DNA of 18,006 nt from NCBI RefSeq assembly GCF_049969415.1, contig NZ_JBMFOX010000025.1, forward strand, positions 1-18,006. The letters are read 5' to 3'. A program made the translations under genes and the position numbers. Positions 16,529 through 18,006 of the stretch are shown here, piece after piece (position 1 is the first letter of the stretch; every line of letters begins with the position of its first letter). The stretch comes from Candidatus Hadarchaeum sp. GTDB lineage: Archaea; Hadarchaeota; Hadarchaeia; Hadarchaeales; Hadarchaeaceae. The notes below the pieces were generated by a model, which worked only from the letters and a program-made list of their open reading frames with translations, had not been told where the DNA came from and did no database searches.

Positions 16529-16714
16529 TCACTTCTCTTTAGCATACTCCATGAGGGTCTTCGCCTTTTCGAGGTAGGTCATGGTCCAATCGTGGACCAT
16601 CTTGCGGATTACCTCGCTGCGATTTGTCCCATATCCCGACTTTATCAGGTCATCGATGATCTTGAGGTAGATGCCGTCAACGAAGACACGCACCTCACCC
16701 TTCTTATCGGCCAT
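16529..16714 (-). CDS. Ribbon-helix-helix (CopG/Arc/MetJ-like) DNA-binding protein
   Basis: 61 aa: beta strand EVRVFV, helix ...IDDLIKSG, then NRSEVIRKMV. GGAGGT RBS upstream of the ATG. Confidence 0.82.
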   Translation of the reverse strand: MADKKGEVRVFVDGIYLKIIDDLIKSGYGTNRSEVIRKMVHDWTMTYLEKAKTLMEYAKEK

Positions 16715-16850
16715 GATCAGGACCTCCGATAGAATGGATCAGAGGCAGCAAGTTTTGTCCGATTCAACAGGGTTTCTGCTAAGTCAGAGCTAGCTCTTCC
16801 CGAAAAACTTCCAGCCACGTTTTTCAGCATCCACCTGCCTCCCTTTCACC

Positions 16851-16881
16851 ATCCAGCTACAATCCAGTTATATGACAGTTG
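16851..16881. repeat. Three imperfect direct repeats with 11-bp period (ATCCAGCTA, ATCCAGTTA, TGACAGTTG)
   Basis: CAG cores at 16854, 16865 and 16876, adjacent to a minus-strand TATA box. Confidence 0.6.
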
Positions 16882-16887
16882 GGATAG

Positions 16888-16895
16888 TATTTAAA
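16888..16895 (-). promoter_or_regulatory. Putative TATA box for the RHH transcript
   Basis: TTTAAATA on the minus strand, preceded by CAACC. Confidence 0.55.
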
Positions 16896-17069
16896 GGTTG
16901 TGGCGAATTTTTGATTTGCTCAGGAAACGAATTTGGTAAAAAATCTTGCCAGGACTTGAGCACCATTCCGTGGGCATAGTTTGAAAAATACCGAACTTAA
17001 TTACACAATTTTCGAGCTAAAATCCGCAAACGTAAAATTGCCGTCGAATACTTACATATTGGGGTTGTT

Positions 17070-17660
17070 ATGGAGGGTTCACCTAGGATTAAGATATTGG
17101 GAATAGTTGGCAGCCCGAGGATCGGCGGAAACACGGAAATCTTGGTCAACGAAACCCTGAAGGCGGCTGCCGATGAAGGAGCCACCACCGAACTGGTACG
17201 GCTCCACGGGAAGGAAATAAAGCCATGCGATGGCTGCCGCTCTTGTCGGAAAACCAAGGAGTGCTGGATAAATGACGACTTCAAACCCGTCTTCGACAAG
17301 ATGGTTGAGGCGGACGGCATCATCATTGGCTCCCCTGTCTACTTCAGCTCCGCGACGCCACAGGTAAAGGCCATCATCGACCGCGCCGGCTATCTCTCCA
17401 TCGCCAAGGGCAGAGTTTTTGAGAACAAGGTCGGCGGGGCGCTGGTGGTGGCGCGGAGGGCCGGCCACAACTTCACCCTTGCCGAGCTGCTGTTCTTCTT
17501 TCTCCACCAGGGCATGATCATCCCGGGCTCGAGCTACTGGAACGTGGCCTTTGGGAGGGAGCCGGGAGGGGTGCTAAAGGACGAGGAGGGACTGGAAACC
17601 GCGAGAAACTTTGGTAGAAAGATGGTCTGGATCATCAAGAGGATAAAAGGTTTGGGTTGA
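17070..17660 (+). CDS. Iron-sulfur flavoprotein (Isf) / multimeric flavodoxin family
   Basis: GSPR.GGNT FMN loop, compact Cys motif CDGCRSCRKTKEC, ADGIIIGSPVYF and NKVGG. Confidence 0.9.
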   Translation: MEGSPRIKILGIVGSPRIGGNTEILVNETLKAAADEGATTELVRLHGKEIKPCDGCRSCRKTKECWINDDFKPVFDKMVEADGIIIGSPVYFSSATPQVKAIIDRAGYLSIAKGRVFENKVGGALVVARRAGHNFTLAELLFFFLHQGMIIPGSSYWNVAFGREPGGVLKDEEGLETARNFGRKMVWIIKRIKGLG

Positions 17661-17674
17661 GCGAAAGAACTGGC

Positions 17675-18006
17675 CTAATCGATTTTGACCGGGATTATCT
17701 TTCGGTTCTTGACGTCCACCAAGCCCTTGTCGGTCAAGCCGAGTTCAGGGACCGTTGGCAGCGAGATAAACGACAGCGTCATGAAAGGCGCATTAAGCTT
17801 ACAGCCCAGCTTTCTGGTAGCAAGATTTAACCTCTCCAACTTGTCAGTAACGACTTCAGGTGAAAGCGTGCTCATCAGTCCGGCCACTGGGAGCTCAAGC
17901 CTTTCCAGAACCCGGCCCCGGCTTACCGCCACCAGACCGCCACGCATCCGCCTAAGCTCGTTGACGGCTTTGGCCATGTCAACCTCGCTGGCACCAACGA
18001 CAACGA
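17675..18006 (-). CDS. ade: Adenine deaminase, C-terminal part (starts beyond the window)
   Basis: VVVGASEVDMAKAVN...GGLV...LELPVAGLMS...PFMTLSFISLPTVPEL.LTDKGLVDV matches the AdeC C-terminal domain. Confidence 0.88.
   Translation of the reverse strand, partial: VVVGASEVDMAKAVNELRRMRGGLVAVSRGRVLERLELPVAGLMSTLSPEVVTDKLERLNLATRKLGCKLNAPFMTLSFISLPTVPELGLTDKGLVDVKNRKIIPVKID

Noticed and set aside
16529-16714. RHH protein as the cell-division regulator CdrS or a type II antitoxin
   Set aside because: The NRSE.IR motif is generic to RHH proteins, and no ftsZ or recognisable toxin gene is adjacent.
16896-17069. Short ORFs and CGAATTT repeats upstream of the flavoprotein gene
   Set aside because: The ORFs are under 30 aa with no RBS or motif, and the repeats are too short and irregular.
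1-18006. tRNA, rRNA, CRISPR array, transposase, integrase or intein
   Set aside because: I saw no cloverleaf, repeat-spacer array or mobile-element motif, and protein lengths leave no room for inteins.

Overview
Gene-dense archaeal window. The archaeal origin is supported by aRF1, an archaeal-type ValRS, pyrH next to DUF2116, TATA boxes and GGTGA/GGAGG ribosome-binding sites. A euryarchaeal-type lineage such as Hadarchaeia is only a guess. In order it holds: the end of a tungstate ABC operon (tupA-tupB-tupC), a stand-alone Lrp/AsnC ligand-binding protein, a metallo-beta-lactamase-fold hydrolase, a HemL-like class III aminotransferase, valS, DUF2116, pyrH, prf1, a four-gene minus-strand operon (DJ-1/PfpI, SAH/MTA deaminase, SAH/SIH hydrolase, divergent orphan TrpE-like enzyme), a divergent bacterial-type metG plus a PHP protein, a small ribbon-helix-helix (RHH) gene, an iron-sulfur flavoprotein and the 3' end of an adenine deaminase. 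I recognised no tRNA, rRNA, CRISPR array or IS element. Main highlights: (1) metG has no in-frame canonical start codon before its conserved N-terminus, which implies an ATA start, a -1 slip on G-GGA-AAA-stop, or a 1-nt error. (2) A TrpE-like enzyme with altered core motifs and no adjacent TrpG sits in an S-inosylhomocysteine recycling operon. (3) An 11-bp-phased repeat array lies upstream of the RHH gene, and its motif recurs as a palindrome around a TATA box upstream of valS, next to an orphan minus-strand terminator-like hairpin.
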